Shown: positions 51,047 to 64,000 of the stretch, one piece after another
Numbering within the stretch: the stretch's first letter is position 1
Layout: each line of letters starts with the position of its first letter
NCBI RefSeq assembly: GCF_036588685.1
Contig: NC_086377.1
Location: 19,654,001-19,718,000, forward strand
Reading direction: 5' to 3'
Length of the DNA stretch: 64,000 nucleotides
From: Mytilus trossulus
Taxonomy: Eukaryota
Notes under the pieces: generated by a model
The model's input: the letters and a program-made list of their open reading frames with translations, nothing else
Database searches by the model: none
What the model was told of the DNA's origin: nothing
Program-made: the position numbers and the translations under genes

Positions 51047-53132
51047 TACATGTATGTATTCATGCAAGATGTCCAATACTTTCACTGGAAAACTTATAGG
51101 AAACTTTTGTTTTTATGTTCGATCAATTGACTAGATAAGAAAAATAATTTACAGTGTACAATAGAACAGGAAAAGATATAGGCTTAAAATAACGGTATAA
51201 TAGGTAACATATATACAAGTGTGTGGACATTTTGTTCCCGAGGATTTCATTCGCCAAGCTACAAATTTGTGCAGGATATTTAGAAGAACTTAACAAATAC
51301 TTGCTCGGAACTCGCCCTCTATTAACAATTTTCTGACAATGAAACAATGACCGAAAAACGCTGTATTCTTTCTAAATGCTTTACATAAAATATCATGTGC
51401 AATTTGTTGAATAAAACAAAAATTGACTCTCAATTGACCGTCAACGTAACTTAAAACAGTTCCACTTCACCACGAATAACAATAATCTGAATTGTTCAGC
51501 ATGGCAAACACTTTACCGTTTAAACTTCCAACTGATCCAAAGCACCTGGGTCAAAGTTAGGCGATACCAATTAAACAGCAGGCTATTTATAAAATGTTCA
51601 AAACTACTGTATTTACAACAAAATTTATGATAAATTATGGCTTTAAATGCTAGTGCTTAGTCCTACATTTTTTTATAAATTGCATCTAATTGTGTATCTG
51701 TTACGGTAATACTTGCGTACTCAAGCACGACTTATAATACCACTGTATACTGTCAAAACAACTCTGTAAAAAAGTCAAAACAACTTCTAGGGACTATGTG
51801 GCATGACACGACATCGAACTTGTGCTAATGTAAAACGCATACAAAATAAACTGCAAGAAAATTTCAAAACGGAATTTCCCGTATTAAATTGCAGAACCAA
51901 ACGTTCAAACAAATGAAAAACAACTGTTAGTTTCCTTACTTTGATCAAACATTTGCTTATGCAGAAAATGTAGAAATGCATTTAGTAACAAAATGGTGAC
52001 ATGCATAATGTTCATTTTCATGATATGAGACATGGTAATTTAATGCACGAACTAATTAAATGTGATGTGCATGATATTTCTTGAAGTAAGTATCTTTGCT
52101 AAACGTAAGTCGGTATACAATTCTTCCGGAAAAGTTTTCAGCCATTTATCCTGCAAATCGAAATGACTTTTCTCAAATTGAAAATATACTATTAAGATTA
52201 GTCAATCTTTTTTTGTTTCAACGAGTATCATATCAAAAGATGATGCTACCTTTACTAGTTTTTTGATAGTAACGATCATAATTTAATCGATGTATGTTCA
52301 TGTTGGATGGTGCAAGTTTGCTGAGTGTGTTCTCACATACAAAAAGGGATGACGCTAGAGTAGTACCCAGCTGATACAAATTTTGTGTTTTGGTGATGTA
52401 TAAGTTCCCTCCTAAGTGCACTCTGTCTTATCTTAAGTATATTTATTAGTTTAGCCTCTTTCTACTGAGTTTTTGTTTGTTCTTATGCTGTACTGTATCA
52501 CCAGGATTCAAACCAAAATGACACAAACATTAACAACTATAGGTCACTGTACGGTCTTCAACAATACAATAATACAATAATAATAATAACTAAATACAAC
52601 ATAGAAAACAATAACTAAGAGACACGAACCCCATAAACAAATGTGTATGATCTTAGATCCTCATGAAGGGTAAGCAGATCCAGTCTCGCCACCTTTTTTT
52701 CAGAGCATATACCGTAACACTAAAACCTTATTTTGTTGTATTAGTCAATGTTATTTTCTTTAAAATTGTATATTTAAGTTTTAGAACGAATCAGTATTGA
52801 TGACGTCTGTTGTACTGTTCAATAAATTCGCGTACTTTCTTGTCGAATTACGCTTTGTATGTATTGTTCAAATATTATTATGTTAAAGAAAAGTTAAAAT
52901 TTTGGAAGATAAATATATATATTCAAAATAAATATGAACATGTCAATAGATCCAGAACCCTGTCGAGATTTACCTGTCTCCAATTTTCTATTATTTATTT
53001 CCTTTACTTAAAGACACTGCAAAATATTATAAACATTACAACAGATATCTGTACACGGCTTTTTGCAACCGTGTATTTATATCAAATAAACAATATTTTT
53101 TTCTGGAAACCTCAATAGTGATTTTTTTGTTT

Positions 53133-55954
53133 TTAGATACGGTAACCAGTGAAGAAGCTCCAATCGCCATGTATTATTTGTGGTCCTAATCCAGGGAAAT
53201 GACGTACTTTGACAACATCTCCCTTGTGCAGATATACAACTGCATTCATTGCCCCTGTCTGCGATCCGCCACCAGATGCTGCGTGCCCTCGTGATATCTC
53301 GTTGCTGTTTTTGACCATTTGAAGATGTAATACTGTTGCATTGTGTGGTCTAAGAAATGTACAGGCAAAGAAGTATATTCCATCAAAGGGTGCGGTGAAA
53401 TGACCAGAATGTTGGTTATAAGCTTGGCCGATATTAGTAATCACCTGATCGAAGATAACTGTCTGTCTAGAGCCAAGAGTTATATACGGTGTCAATCTTG
53501 CATGAAATGCCACTTCAATTGAAGAGATCAGAGAATCTGAAATTAAGGAAAAAGAAAACAATCAAGTGTTGTACAATCTATTTAAACACATGTTGACCTT
53601 AGTAGGAGTAAATTACAATTTGTTTCACGATAGTTGTCTTTATTTATGCTTGAGTTGCTGTTATATCTAGAAGTCTTTTGCTTGATTGGCTGAATGAATT
53701 GCATTTTCGGTCTCCGTAAAGTTCTGCTGACGATAATCCAACATTCACATCTACGTATTCCATCTTAAAGAATAAAATAATTAACTAGTCTAAATGATAA
53801 GAGTCCATTTACAATTATGACATTGGACTGAGTATGAAGTCGCATTATAGGCAGTACTTACAGGAGAGCTGACGCTTACCATGGTGTCACAACCGGTTTC
53901 GTTTGTTTTGGTGTTTTATTTAAAAACGTTTTACCGACAAATGTTATTTGACATATAAGCTGTATGTTCTATCAACAATTGTATGAGTTTGCTCATTGCT
54001 GTGAACGTTGCTTTTATTCTTTTTTTATACTTTTTATAAACAATTAGCTTGCTAAAACGTACTCTCTCCAAGCAGTCTGTTCGTCCTCTGCAGTGAACTA
54101 ATTACCTCTGATAACGCTGCCTTTGATTTACCTAAAATAAGGCAATTGTTACTAGATTTTAGAAAAAATATACATAGCCTCTATAATTGAAGCTTAATAC
54201 AAACATATTATAAACTTTCAAAGTAATATGATAATCAGTGGTGACAACTAAAGCATGAAAAAAGAAAGGCAAAGGAACGACAGGTATATCCAAAATATAA
54301 GTCAATTCCATAGACAATAACTGTTTAGTGTCTTTAAATATCAGCTGTATGTGTACGAGGCTAGGAAACAAGGTGTATGCGAGCTTTAAGCGAGCTACTA
54401 CACCTGTTCTAAACCGAGTACAAATACAGCTGATATTTAAAGACACTAAACAGTTATTGTCTTTATCCTGCAATTAATTCTGTTTATTGTTTGTGTTTTA
54501 AAAGACACAAAAACTAACATGTTTAGCATTTATTTTCGATTTGTAATCCCTTGAGGCCCGCGTAGTAATATCAAAATCACACATTACGCTGAAGACGGGT
54601 TCGCAAAAAAAGAATCTCGAATGGTCAACTATAATACATCGCTCAAGGTGAATAAATATCTATTCTAACATAACAACTAATTTCAACAGTAAAAACTAAC
54701 AGCAAAACATTGTCAAATTTGAAACAGAAGTAAACGAGTTGGCCTACGCTTCAGACTTGACATTCACTAAACACGCATGCTGAAATTGACATGGCTGATT
54801 TTATAACACAATCATACACATTCAAATTTTGAAATCGACAATTGTCAACGTCATTGGAATGCAACTGGAATACACATTCTGAGGTCAAACAGGTTCAAAC
54901 AATACTCAGTCTGGCAGTGGGCGGAGCTTTAAAGCGATATCTGTATAGTATACAGATACAGCATAGCGATATCTGTAGGACTGTATCTGTATAGTAGGAC
55001 ACCCAATTGCAGGTTAAAAACAGACAACATCATAAAAATAACTGAAAAACGACTTAAGGTGGTATGGGTGTCTTTCGCCATCTTGGATTGTAAAAAACAG
55101 AGAATCTAAGGTCCATATTTTCTATCAAATTAGCAAAATTTGATGCAAGAATGCAGGTATTTCATGTGTTTTTACATTAAAAAGATCCAATTTATAAGAA
55201 TATAACTTATAAATAGAAATATATGTACAAGTGTAGAATATATTTGGTTGTTTTTAAATATTTTGAAATTGTCATTTTAAGGGGAGGTAACTCTAAAACA
55301 GTGCATTTTCTGTTGGATTGTTCATGGAATTTTCCTACTTTGTATTTTAGCCGGAAAAAACGCACGGTGACCCTATCTTTTCTTTTGATATTATCAAAGC
55401 ATTTTTTGAAAGCTATATTTTCCTAATTTATTTTACAATTCTATCATTTCGTTTAGTTTCTATTCACAAAATGGTGTTTTTTCCTGTATAATCCATACAA
55501 AATGTGTCATTTTGTCACGACCCGTAGCTTGAAAAAATGCACGGTGACCTATCATTTTTATAATATTTTTTAACATGTATCAATAGATACTACATTTTGG
55601 CAAAGTATGAACAAATTCTATCATTTTTATTTTAGACTCCCATACCACCTTAATGACAAATAACCGTCTACTATTTACAATTTCAGATAAAAAAAAAAAT
55701 TAAAAAAAAAGAGAACCATTCGAAACCCTTCAAAGTTTAGAACGCATCATTTCCAAAAATGTAGGCTAATATTTATTTTTTGAGAAGATACATTCCTATT
55801 ACAAAAAAGAATGATTTAAAGCTAATGACAAAGACTCCAGATGGCAGGTTAAATAAGATAAAAATTGAAGATACATACCAATATTTCGGCAACAGTCCTT
55901 CTCACCGTACACAAGCACAAGTGTACTGAACAGTATGTTAATATATATTCTCAT
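53133..55954 (-). CDS. Secreted C1q-domain-containing protein, gene 5 (182 aa); exons complement(55879..55954, 54063..54131, 53133..53536)
   Basis: Exon 1 MRIYINILFSTLVLVYGEKDCCRNI with G|gtatgt; 69-nt exon 2 (G)KSKAALSEVISSLQRTNRLLGE ending |gtacgt; exon 3 gC1q domain ending SFFTGYRI*. Lengths 76+69+404=549 nt, in frame. Confidence 0.91.
54310..55025. mobile_element. Hairpin-ended non-autonomous element (Crypton-like architecture) in intron 1 of gene 5
   Basis: 150-bp hairpin at 54312..54462 with about 45-bp near-perfect arms; short IR cctgcaatt (54467) and aattgcagg (55005). Confidence 0.55.
55058..55649. mobile_element. Second copy of the 592-bp TTAA MITE, in intron 1 of C1qDC gene 5
   Basis: Same TIRs, TTAA TSD and length as 44435..45026. 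Confidence 0.85.
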
Positions 55955-57284
55955 TTTGGTCCTGTGCAAGTATTTTTTTATAATTGAATCGTTTTTGAAT
56001 ATTGAAATTTAACAAACATTACCAACTGATTTCGTTTTGCACTCAGTACTTAAAGTGATAGCATAAAGTCATTTGATATTATAATGATCTTATAGCGTGC
56101 TACTAACAAATAGTTATTAAATTTACTAATCGATATACAGATTCGTGTTACCTTTTCTAAATGCCGTATGTATGGCAAAACAGGACCATACAAATATAGC
56201 GAGCTTCAAGGTAAAATGATGACAGTCACTTTGGAGGCTGCTTCAGAGATGTTTGATATCCATCCAGCGACAAACATTACACTCATATTTTGACACGGGA
56301 ACAAGCACATTTTACACTTCTATACTAATGTATTGAACTTTAATTTAACCTATGATACTCTCTCCAGCAGATAGGTTAAGGCAGCGAGGATGCCACATAA
56401 TAGTACATTAAACAAGAAGAGAACAAAACAAAAAATACAAAATGGGAAAACATAATAATGATATGACATATTCAAGTCATGCAACTATTTTAATATTATA
56501 TTCAGTCTATTTATGAAGAAAACGCTATTTTTTAATGTCAGTAACATCCTTTTAGGCGCGTTGAACTTGACATACTCTACTTTATAGAATCCTGATTAAG
56601 TGCAGCTGCTAATGGACTGTTGAATAGAGACTTTATTAACAATAAATTATTATAAACTATATGTGTAAACGGGGACATCTAATTGTATCTTTCTTTTTAA
56701 AATAGATTGATTCATTATTGTTTGCAAATAGTGTTTGGTAATTATGCCGTTCATGTTCAGGATCATCATTAAACAAATACTAGAAGTTATTCAAAAATGT
56801 AAATACCCTGATGAAGGAAATGTCATTATGTTTTCCATTGGGTAGGGAAATATATGTTGGACATTGAACAAAGAGTTTGACTTGGAACACACCACATTTA
56901 AATTGTTCAGAGACATGCCGACCGAGTTCGTCAGTATTCATAAAACGCGGCACTGGTCAAACAAGGGGCACCGGAATTGATTTAACAATTAAAAGGGAAA
57001 TAGATGCATAAACTAGCATTCCACAGAGTAAATTGATAACCCTGTCCAGAGGGATAAACTAAAAATATTCATCACGGTATACCTAAGTAACTGCTAGATT
57101 TCAAACCTGATATTAAGGTAAGTCAATAGTTGAGGTGCAAATGGGTTTGTAATATTTTAGCTAATCTCCATTTACCTGAAATTAAGGCAAAGACATATTC
57201 GGTATCTGTAAACCCACTTATTTATATGACCATTATTTTTTTTTATTTTACTAAACAACATTCAGCGTAAATATAAAAAAATAG

Positions 57285-57960
57285 ACGATGTTGTGTGATT
57301 GCGAATGATACAACTATTCACAAGAGACCAAATAATACAGAAATTTTAACAACTATAGGTCACCATACGGCCTTAAACAATGAGCAAAGTTCATACATAG
57401 TCAACAAAGGATCTAAAATAACAAATGTAAATTAATTCAAACGATGAAACTAATGGCCTAATTTATGTACAGAAAAATAAACAAAAAACAAGAATGTAAC
57501 ACAGCAACAAACGCCAACCATTGTTTTATAGGTTCCTGACTTGTAGAACAAAAGAACTATCAAAATTACTTGAAAAAGGCTCAACTCATCAGATGGATAA
57601 GAATAGAACTACATCTAACAAAAACACGTAGTGGACGTGGCCGGTAATTTGTACATCCCAACAACAAAAAGACACCAAGTACAGATCTTAGAGACTTCGC
57701 AGTTACTGACAGCTAGTTCAAAACCAATACAACTTAGAATCATGCATCTAAGACTAAATTGTCTATCAGTACACATCAAACATCCAATGGATTTTGAGTA
57801 AAGATTCATAAATAGTCAAAGAAAAACATGCTCGTGTGCACTGCCAAAATACTGGTATCGACAGATTGTAGATCCATGAATGTGCATATGTATATAACAA
57901 TAATATTAAGTTTGCTTTTAATATACTGATAACAAAACCAATATTGATACCTATAAAAAC
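57285..57960 (-). repeat. Interspersed repeat family A copy
   Basis: Colinear with 10711..11345 (gtggacgtggccgg, cagatct.agag.ct.cgcagttactgacagctagttcaaa). Confidence 0.7.
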
Positions 57961-58554
57961 AATATTCAAAGATTTTAGTACTGTCTTTGATAATAAGTTT
58001 ATCTAAACATGCTAAAGGATCGATAAGTTTACTTGGATCGTTCAAAATTTCCGGGCACGTTAAACAACATCTTCGTTAAAATGAGGATGTGTTATCCCGT
58101 TTGACATAAGTTATCTACAGGTACAATTAAACTTCAAAACCAAATCTGTATATCTATGGAAGAATTAAATAAAGGTTTTAAGTAATTTGTGGTAACAAAA
58201 TCCCTGGCTAAATAATTTACCAGTGATCTTTATCAAAAACCAAAAATAATCAAAGTTTCAAAAGCGAAATAATCAAAGTTGCACATTAAGTTTAGTACTT
58301 GTATAATTTGATCAGATATCTTAACTGTCAATTTTTTTAAAGTTTTAAAATCAAAATTAAATTGAGAAAATTTTAAAAGTATTTTTTCTTTAAAAACTTA
58401 GAATTTTGATATTTTAAAACTTTGATAAAAATTCCATGAAACTAAAATTTGAAGACTTTCTAAAATTTTGAATTGATATATGAATGATTACACGGATCGA
58501 TATACAGCAACAAATGACAACCACTGCATTTCATATTACAATAAACGTCAGTTG

Positions 58555-59006
58555 TAGGTTGCATTTCTGTAAATATTGACAATGCAATTTCCCATAGGAA
58601 CTCCTTTTACGGCTAAAACTGTACCACTTTTAATATGAAGTTTTGAAAAAAATCTTATCCTAGAATTAAAAGTTCATATGCACCATAATTTTTTTCAAAG
58701 GTCAAAATATAGGGCTGTGTGGCATATTTTCAACGTTTATATGCCCTGAACTTCTTAGAGTTTAAACTTACACTAATTTTCTTAACTACCCCTACCTCGA
58801 ATTAAGGGTTACCACAGATTTCAATGTAAACAATAAGCACGTGTCTATTTACTGGTAACATTCCTAAGTTCTGTCTCTGCGATATGGAACATAGAGAGCA
58901 TAACTGGGAACCAGTATGTAAACAAAATTAATTTTCTATGAATATTCAATTTCTCCCCAAAAGAGGAGTATTTTGAGAAACAGCTGTATTTACAAAGTGC
59001 AACCTG
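58555..59006. mobile_element. About 450-bp MITE
   Basis: Imperfect TIRs AGGTTGCATTTCTGTAAATA and TATTTACAAAGTGCAACCT, right end followed by TA. Confidence 0.55.
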
Positions 59007-59829
59007 TAAATGTTCTAGTAAAAAACATAATTTGGAAAAATGAAATTAAAAAATTTTCATAAAAAATTAACTTCAGTCATACACGGTAGAATATGACCGA
59101 AAGGCACGATAACGTACTGGTCAATTTTTCACACATTTATAAAGATTCTAGCCCTTTGGCTACAACATATATATTAAAACAGATAGAATAAACAACATTG
59201 TTTTGATTAATCATATTCGTACTTCAGGCTTTTATTTCAAACATTTAATTAATAATATATTTTTGTATTAATGTAATCAAAAACAAAATTGCACTTGCTA
59301 TTTTAACATCTGTTTCTTTTATTATATAGGCATCATGTTGTGATATTTATTGTGACGTTGAACTCGAACCATGTTTCGCTGTATTCTTCTCCTCGCCGTT
59401 TCCATTGTTACAATAAAGGTAAGCAATTTATGCCAGTAGAAGTACCATGATATAGGGATGATGATGATGAGAATGATAAGGATGACGATAAGAATATTAT
59501 TCATATTTTTTTTTACATCTATATAATATAATACTGTTTTTAATTAAACCAATTCATTTCAGAACAACATCATGCAAAAACGAAGGTGTGGCATGATCAC
59601 CATTCGACTTCAACGATGAGCAAAACCAAACCGCATAGCAAGTTAAAAAAAATCAAACAATTTAGAATAAGAATACTAACGACCAGATTTATGACCAAAA
59701 ACAATAAACAAAAACCATTCTTATATAGAGAAGAAAACAACGACAACAGGCGTCGGACGTGGTCGATATAAAACGGCGCATGTCCACAACTTGGGATAAT
59801 ATAAAAATTGAAAATCATAACTATGCATA

Positions 59830-61080
59830 TTATTTTTTCATTTCCTATTGTTAATTATCCATTTATAGATGTTGACGTCCCCTTGTCACCATCTTGTGGT
59901 GTTTATACATTTAAACTTGTTCGATTCGCTCGTATACGCAGCAACGTATTTGATTTTAACGAAAGCAATTTCTATATTTCTGAAAAATTATTACCCCAGG
60001 TTTTTCGATATCACAAAGTAGTTAAAACATTTACTAAATCACTACATCGGTACCAGGCCATAATTAGTAAATATATATATTTATCACATATTTTTTTACT
60101 GATATGTACGTTTTTGCATGGCCAATAAAAGCCGGAAGTCAAGGTTGGTTATCAGCCCTCGGGGCCGATATCGACATCAGCCCTCGAAATCCATATCAAG
60201 CCCCCGAGTTTAACGTCCGGTAACCTGTTAATCAAAGACTATTTGTAAACAAGTTGATCACAATGAAAAGAAATTTAGAAAGTAACGAATGTGCTGTAGA
60301 AAAAAAGTAGAAATCAACAGTGAAAATCACAAAAGTTCCCGTAAAAATTTGACGTCATGAAGAGATCAGAAAATATATGACGCCACACTGGAATAAGTAG
60401 CGTTATAGGATTCTTCCTTAGCATTTTTTAACATTTGTAATGTAACACTTTGAAGTCGTTTAAAATTTACAATTCTTAGAATTAATATATTTATTGTTAA
60501 TTATTTCTTAAACTTTTCACAAAACGTTTTTAAACTATTGTGATACCAACTTTTTTTAAAAATATGTGATAAATAGAATATTACATGTCATTTTCCATAT
60601 GGTCCATGGTATCAGCCCACGACCCATATCAAGCCCTCGGGCTAAAGCCCTCTGGCTTGATATGGGAGTCTAGGGCTGATACCAGGGCCATATGGAAAAT
60701 GCCATGTAATAATCTATAAATATATCAACATGCAGACATACGTTCAGGTATTTCACATCCAACCTTTTATGGTATAATTATTTACAAAGCCCAAAAAAAT
60801 GTCGGCATTCACCTCAAAAGCTTACTTAACCTTTCAACATACATTTTCAAAAGGTATATAGTTACGATACTGTTGTCAGGTCATTAAGGATTGCATATGT
60901 TGGTATTAATTTTGATTCACTCATAGGGTCTTTGCATTGTTAATGAACACATTTTTTTCTAAAACCAGTTTTCGACATAAAACGGGCTTTGATGTTCTCA
61001 TATATATTATAATGATATGATATTTAACCTCTAACGGGAGGGATTGTGCTTGATTTTCATATGATGAAGACATAACTGCT
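59830..61080 (+). mobile_element. Penelope-like 3' fragment of a second family, split by a hairpin element
   Basis: FSFPIVNYPFIDVDVPLSPSCGVY..LVRFAR is homologous to the 4680-4780 RT thumb; coding-like sequence resumes after about 60718 (SGISHP.FYG..KGYSYDTVVRSL). Confidence 0.65.
60076..60718. mobile_element. Hairpin-ended non-autonomous element (Crypton-like architecture) nested in a PLE
   Basis: 145-bp hairpin at 60573..60717; IR tatttatcacatattttt (60078) and aaaaatatgtgataaata (60558); partial internal copy of the hairpin arm at about 60148-60210. Confidence 0.6.
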
Positions 61081-62580
61081 AGTAATCCTTTGTTCATGTA
61101 TGTATCCTTGTTATGTTGCTTAGTTTCCTTTGTTACCTATTCTGACATCGTACATCGGACTCAGACTTCTTTTAAACTGAGTTTTCTTTGCCTATTGCTG
61201 TGTTTCTTTATTATACATTGGCTAGAAGTAAAGTATATAGGGGAGGCTTGAGATCCCACAAAACATGTTTAACCCCGCCGCATTTTGTTCGCCTGTCCAT
61301 TTTCAGGAGCCTTTGGCCTGTGTTGGTGTGTGTATTTGTTCATTTATATGTTTTGGAGTTTAGTATGACGTCCATTTTCACTGATCTAGTACACATTTTT
61401 ATTTAGGGGCCAGCTGAGGCCCACCTCTGAGTGCTGATTTTTCTGGCTGCGTTGAAGACCCATTGGTGGCCTTTAGCTGTTATCTGCTCTTTGATTGGGT
61501 TGTTGTCTCTTTGACATACTTCCCATTTTCATTTTCATTTTTTTTATTAATTCAAAAAAGCATAGAGTCAGAATATTTCTTATTTATTGTTTTTTCTTTC
61601 ATCCTAAGGCTAGATCACCAGTATACGGTAAGTAGAATTAAATGTACCGGGATATATTAATATATCAAATATAATATACCTGCTGGAGGAGCAGTGGGAC
61701 CTTTTTCCGGACGTGGGGATTGTGTCTTTATTTTTTGTGGGAATTCGAGAATGTGGCTGTATTTTTGCGAGAGGAAATGATTAATTGTTTTGGATCAGGG
61801 AAATACTTGTTTTTTTTATTTCAGAATTAGGAATGACAACTCCTCCTACCACTCACTTTTGATATACGTTTCAAGCTTACCCCTTTTCGAATCAGTTCCT
61901 ACACAGTACTTCTTTTTAAGGTTACCTTATGTTTGGATATGATTCTCTCAATACATCATTAGTTTTAAACGGACCTAAGCATTATAAGGCAATATCAAAA
62001 AAGCAATTATTGTGCTTAAATTTGATATTGGGAATTATTCAAGCAAGAGTCCGTCAAAAAAAACCATTGCAGAACATGGAACTTTTAAAACCATTCCAAC
62101 AATCATTTAGGACATTCTGCAAAAGAAACCGTAAGAAATATCGGCAACTGTTTTTTGAGAAGCTATATTTAATATACTTCAATATCGATTGACTCAAATA
62201 CATGTAGCACTGACCATGCTGAAGACGAACAGGCACCTTACAAATAGCAACAGCTTATGTATGTTTGATTAATAGAGGAAGACTAATTCAACTAGACATC
62301 GCAGATTTCTTTTCGTGAAATTGAAAGGTTAAACACAAAAGTGAGGCGAAGGATATCAAAGCGACATTCAATGTGTAATATATGTCGTCAATTACACAAG
62401 AACATTATCAATACACACAATGGCAAACAACAGAACGATTTTATTAAAATAAAATGACTTTTCTGTTGGTTACAGGAATTGTTCCCACAGATATTCTTTA
62501 AAGTTGTCAGTATTTTTCACTTGATTCCAATGAAATGTTGACGAAAACCGCATCTGCTGCATTAACATTGGTACCGTTTA

Positions 62581-62750
62581 CCGTATAGTGGGTTATTTTC
62601 GCGGGTGTAAAATTTCGCGATTTTCATTGAATAAGGTATACGAAATATTTTGGCAGTTATTTTTTAAGCGGATTCAAAACTTTTATCAATACCTTTGCAT
62701 GTACCGTTTTAAATTGGCGCTATTTATTTGGCAATTGAGTTCTATCGGTG
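62581..62750. mobile_element. CCGTA-terminus MITE copy, right end missing
   Basis: ta|ccgtatagtgggttattttcgcgggtg, interior homologous to 10007..10212. Confidence 0.6.
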
Positions 62751-63111
62751 AAAATTGTTTAGTTCACGTACTGATTCCGTATTTTCGCGGTAGTTACCTT
62801 ATTATACAATAAACTCAAAATAAACTGTTCTAATGATCTACTAATAAATTTAAAGTCGAAAACCATCTTTATTGATGAAGATCAATCGTTGTTTACAAAC
62901 AGTATCAACATTACGGGAGTTTCCCTAATATGATCCATGGTTGCCGATTGGTAAACAATATGTAACAAGCTCAGTCATTGGTCAGTCGAAAGTATAAATA
63001 CCAAAACAACAACAGAAACGAGGGAGTGTTTGGTTGACAAGAATGGGTAGTGACAAACTTTAATAAATGCTGGAATATGTAGCTTATTGAACGTTACCTT
63101 TGTTTTAATTT

Positions 63112-63285
63112 AAGGTTGTCGGTGCTGGTGCTAAGGGTGACGGTGACGGTGCTAAGGGTGCCGGTGACGGTGCTGAGGTTGTCGGTGACGGTGCTGAGGT
63201 TATAGGTGCTAAGGTTGTGGGTGACGGTGACAAATAGTCACCAATCACGGTGACTGTGCTAAATACGGTTACCGGTGACGGTGAC
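63112..63285. repeat. GC-rich GGTGAC/GGTGCT-based degenerate tandem repeat
   Basis: Repeated ggtgacggtgct(a/g)agg units. Confidence 0.8.
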
Positions 63286-64000
63286 ATTGCTATTGAAGGT
63301 GCACATTTAGAGTTCTGTTGGCGGTTTTGGCATGATTAATATGCAATTTTAGGTGTTATACTAAGTTGCTGTCTTCTTAGTTCTATAATGTAGAAGGGTG
63401 TTTTTTTTATCCTTTAATTGAGATTATAGAAAGATACAAAATAAGTGGCAACCTTGTTACTTGAATGTTGAATTAAACATGTAGTAGTTGTGTGTGTCTA
63501 TGGAAGACCATCCTGAACCAGGGACCTGACCCGACCAGTGACGAATCCTACAAGACCCATTCTCTCCAGCGTGGATTATTATTGATATTAATAAAATATG
63601 AAACTTTATATTATTCAGATATTTTATTTCATAACTAAGAATTATATATAAATACAAGTATACGTTTTCCCTTTCTGTAACGTGTTTTGGTCCGACGGTT
63701 AATAGTGGACGTCGAACCTTACACTTTATAGATCCTTTAAATCCCTTTTTCTTTGTGACCCTGTGTTCTCTGTTGGCCGACTCTAGCACCAGGGAGGCGG
63801 CCTTACAATAATATACTGGTGCAACAAACCATGTAAATTTATGTTTTTTCTGGATTTAGGAGAATAATGATAGTTTCTAATGATGGTATAGTTTTCTTAG
63901 GTATCAGGATTTAGTTCAAGCTTCATTGTAAATATAACAAAATTTGATGAGACCGTTGAATAAAATGAGAGGTTTACCGCTTTAAAACCAAATTTAATCT

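Noticed and set aside
55976-55982. TATA box for gene 5
   Set aside because: It is only 28 nt upstream of the ATG, which would put the transcription start at or past the start codon.
57560-57600. CTGATGA on the minus strand in repeat family A (also about 11090) as a hammerhead
   Set aside because: No GAAA box or stem III/NUH follows in the required spacing.
63105-63287. Ser/Pro-rich mucin-like ORF
   Set aside because: It is a translation of a 6-bp-based tandem repeat, with no signal peptide or linked exons.

Overview
AT-rich eukaryotic (animal) genomic DNA, most likely a mytilid bivalve such as Mytilus. That assignment is an inference from the C1qDC expansion, type I hammerhead retrozyme remnants and Penelope/Naiad fragments. 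The main content is a tandem cluster of five C1q-domain-containing (C1qDC) genes, all on the minus strand. I rebuilt each as an intact spliced gene with GT-AG phase-1 introns. Four have three exons (signal peptide plus Cys-Cys; 69-nt coiled-coil exon; gC1q exon) and one has two exons. Genes 1-3 lie in a local segmental duplication, and gene 3 is a mosaic with a gene-1-like 5' half and a gene-2-like 3' half. Intron 1 of gene 3 carries a sense-strand type I hammerhead ribozyme with an intact core, cutting about 60 nt upstream of the 3' splice site of the in-frame-skippable exon 2; the paralogous copy in gene 1 is decayed. The rest is transposon-derived: a 4.1-kb Sola-type DNA transposon with 33-bp TIRs and a disabled DDD transposase, Penelope-like, CR1/L2 and L1/Tx1 fragments, several MITE families, Helentron-type and hairpin-ended (Crypton-like) elements, SINE-like repeats and mini/microsatellites. 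No rRNA, intact tRNA or CRISPR array was found. All alignments and folds were done by eye.
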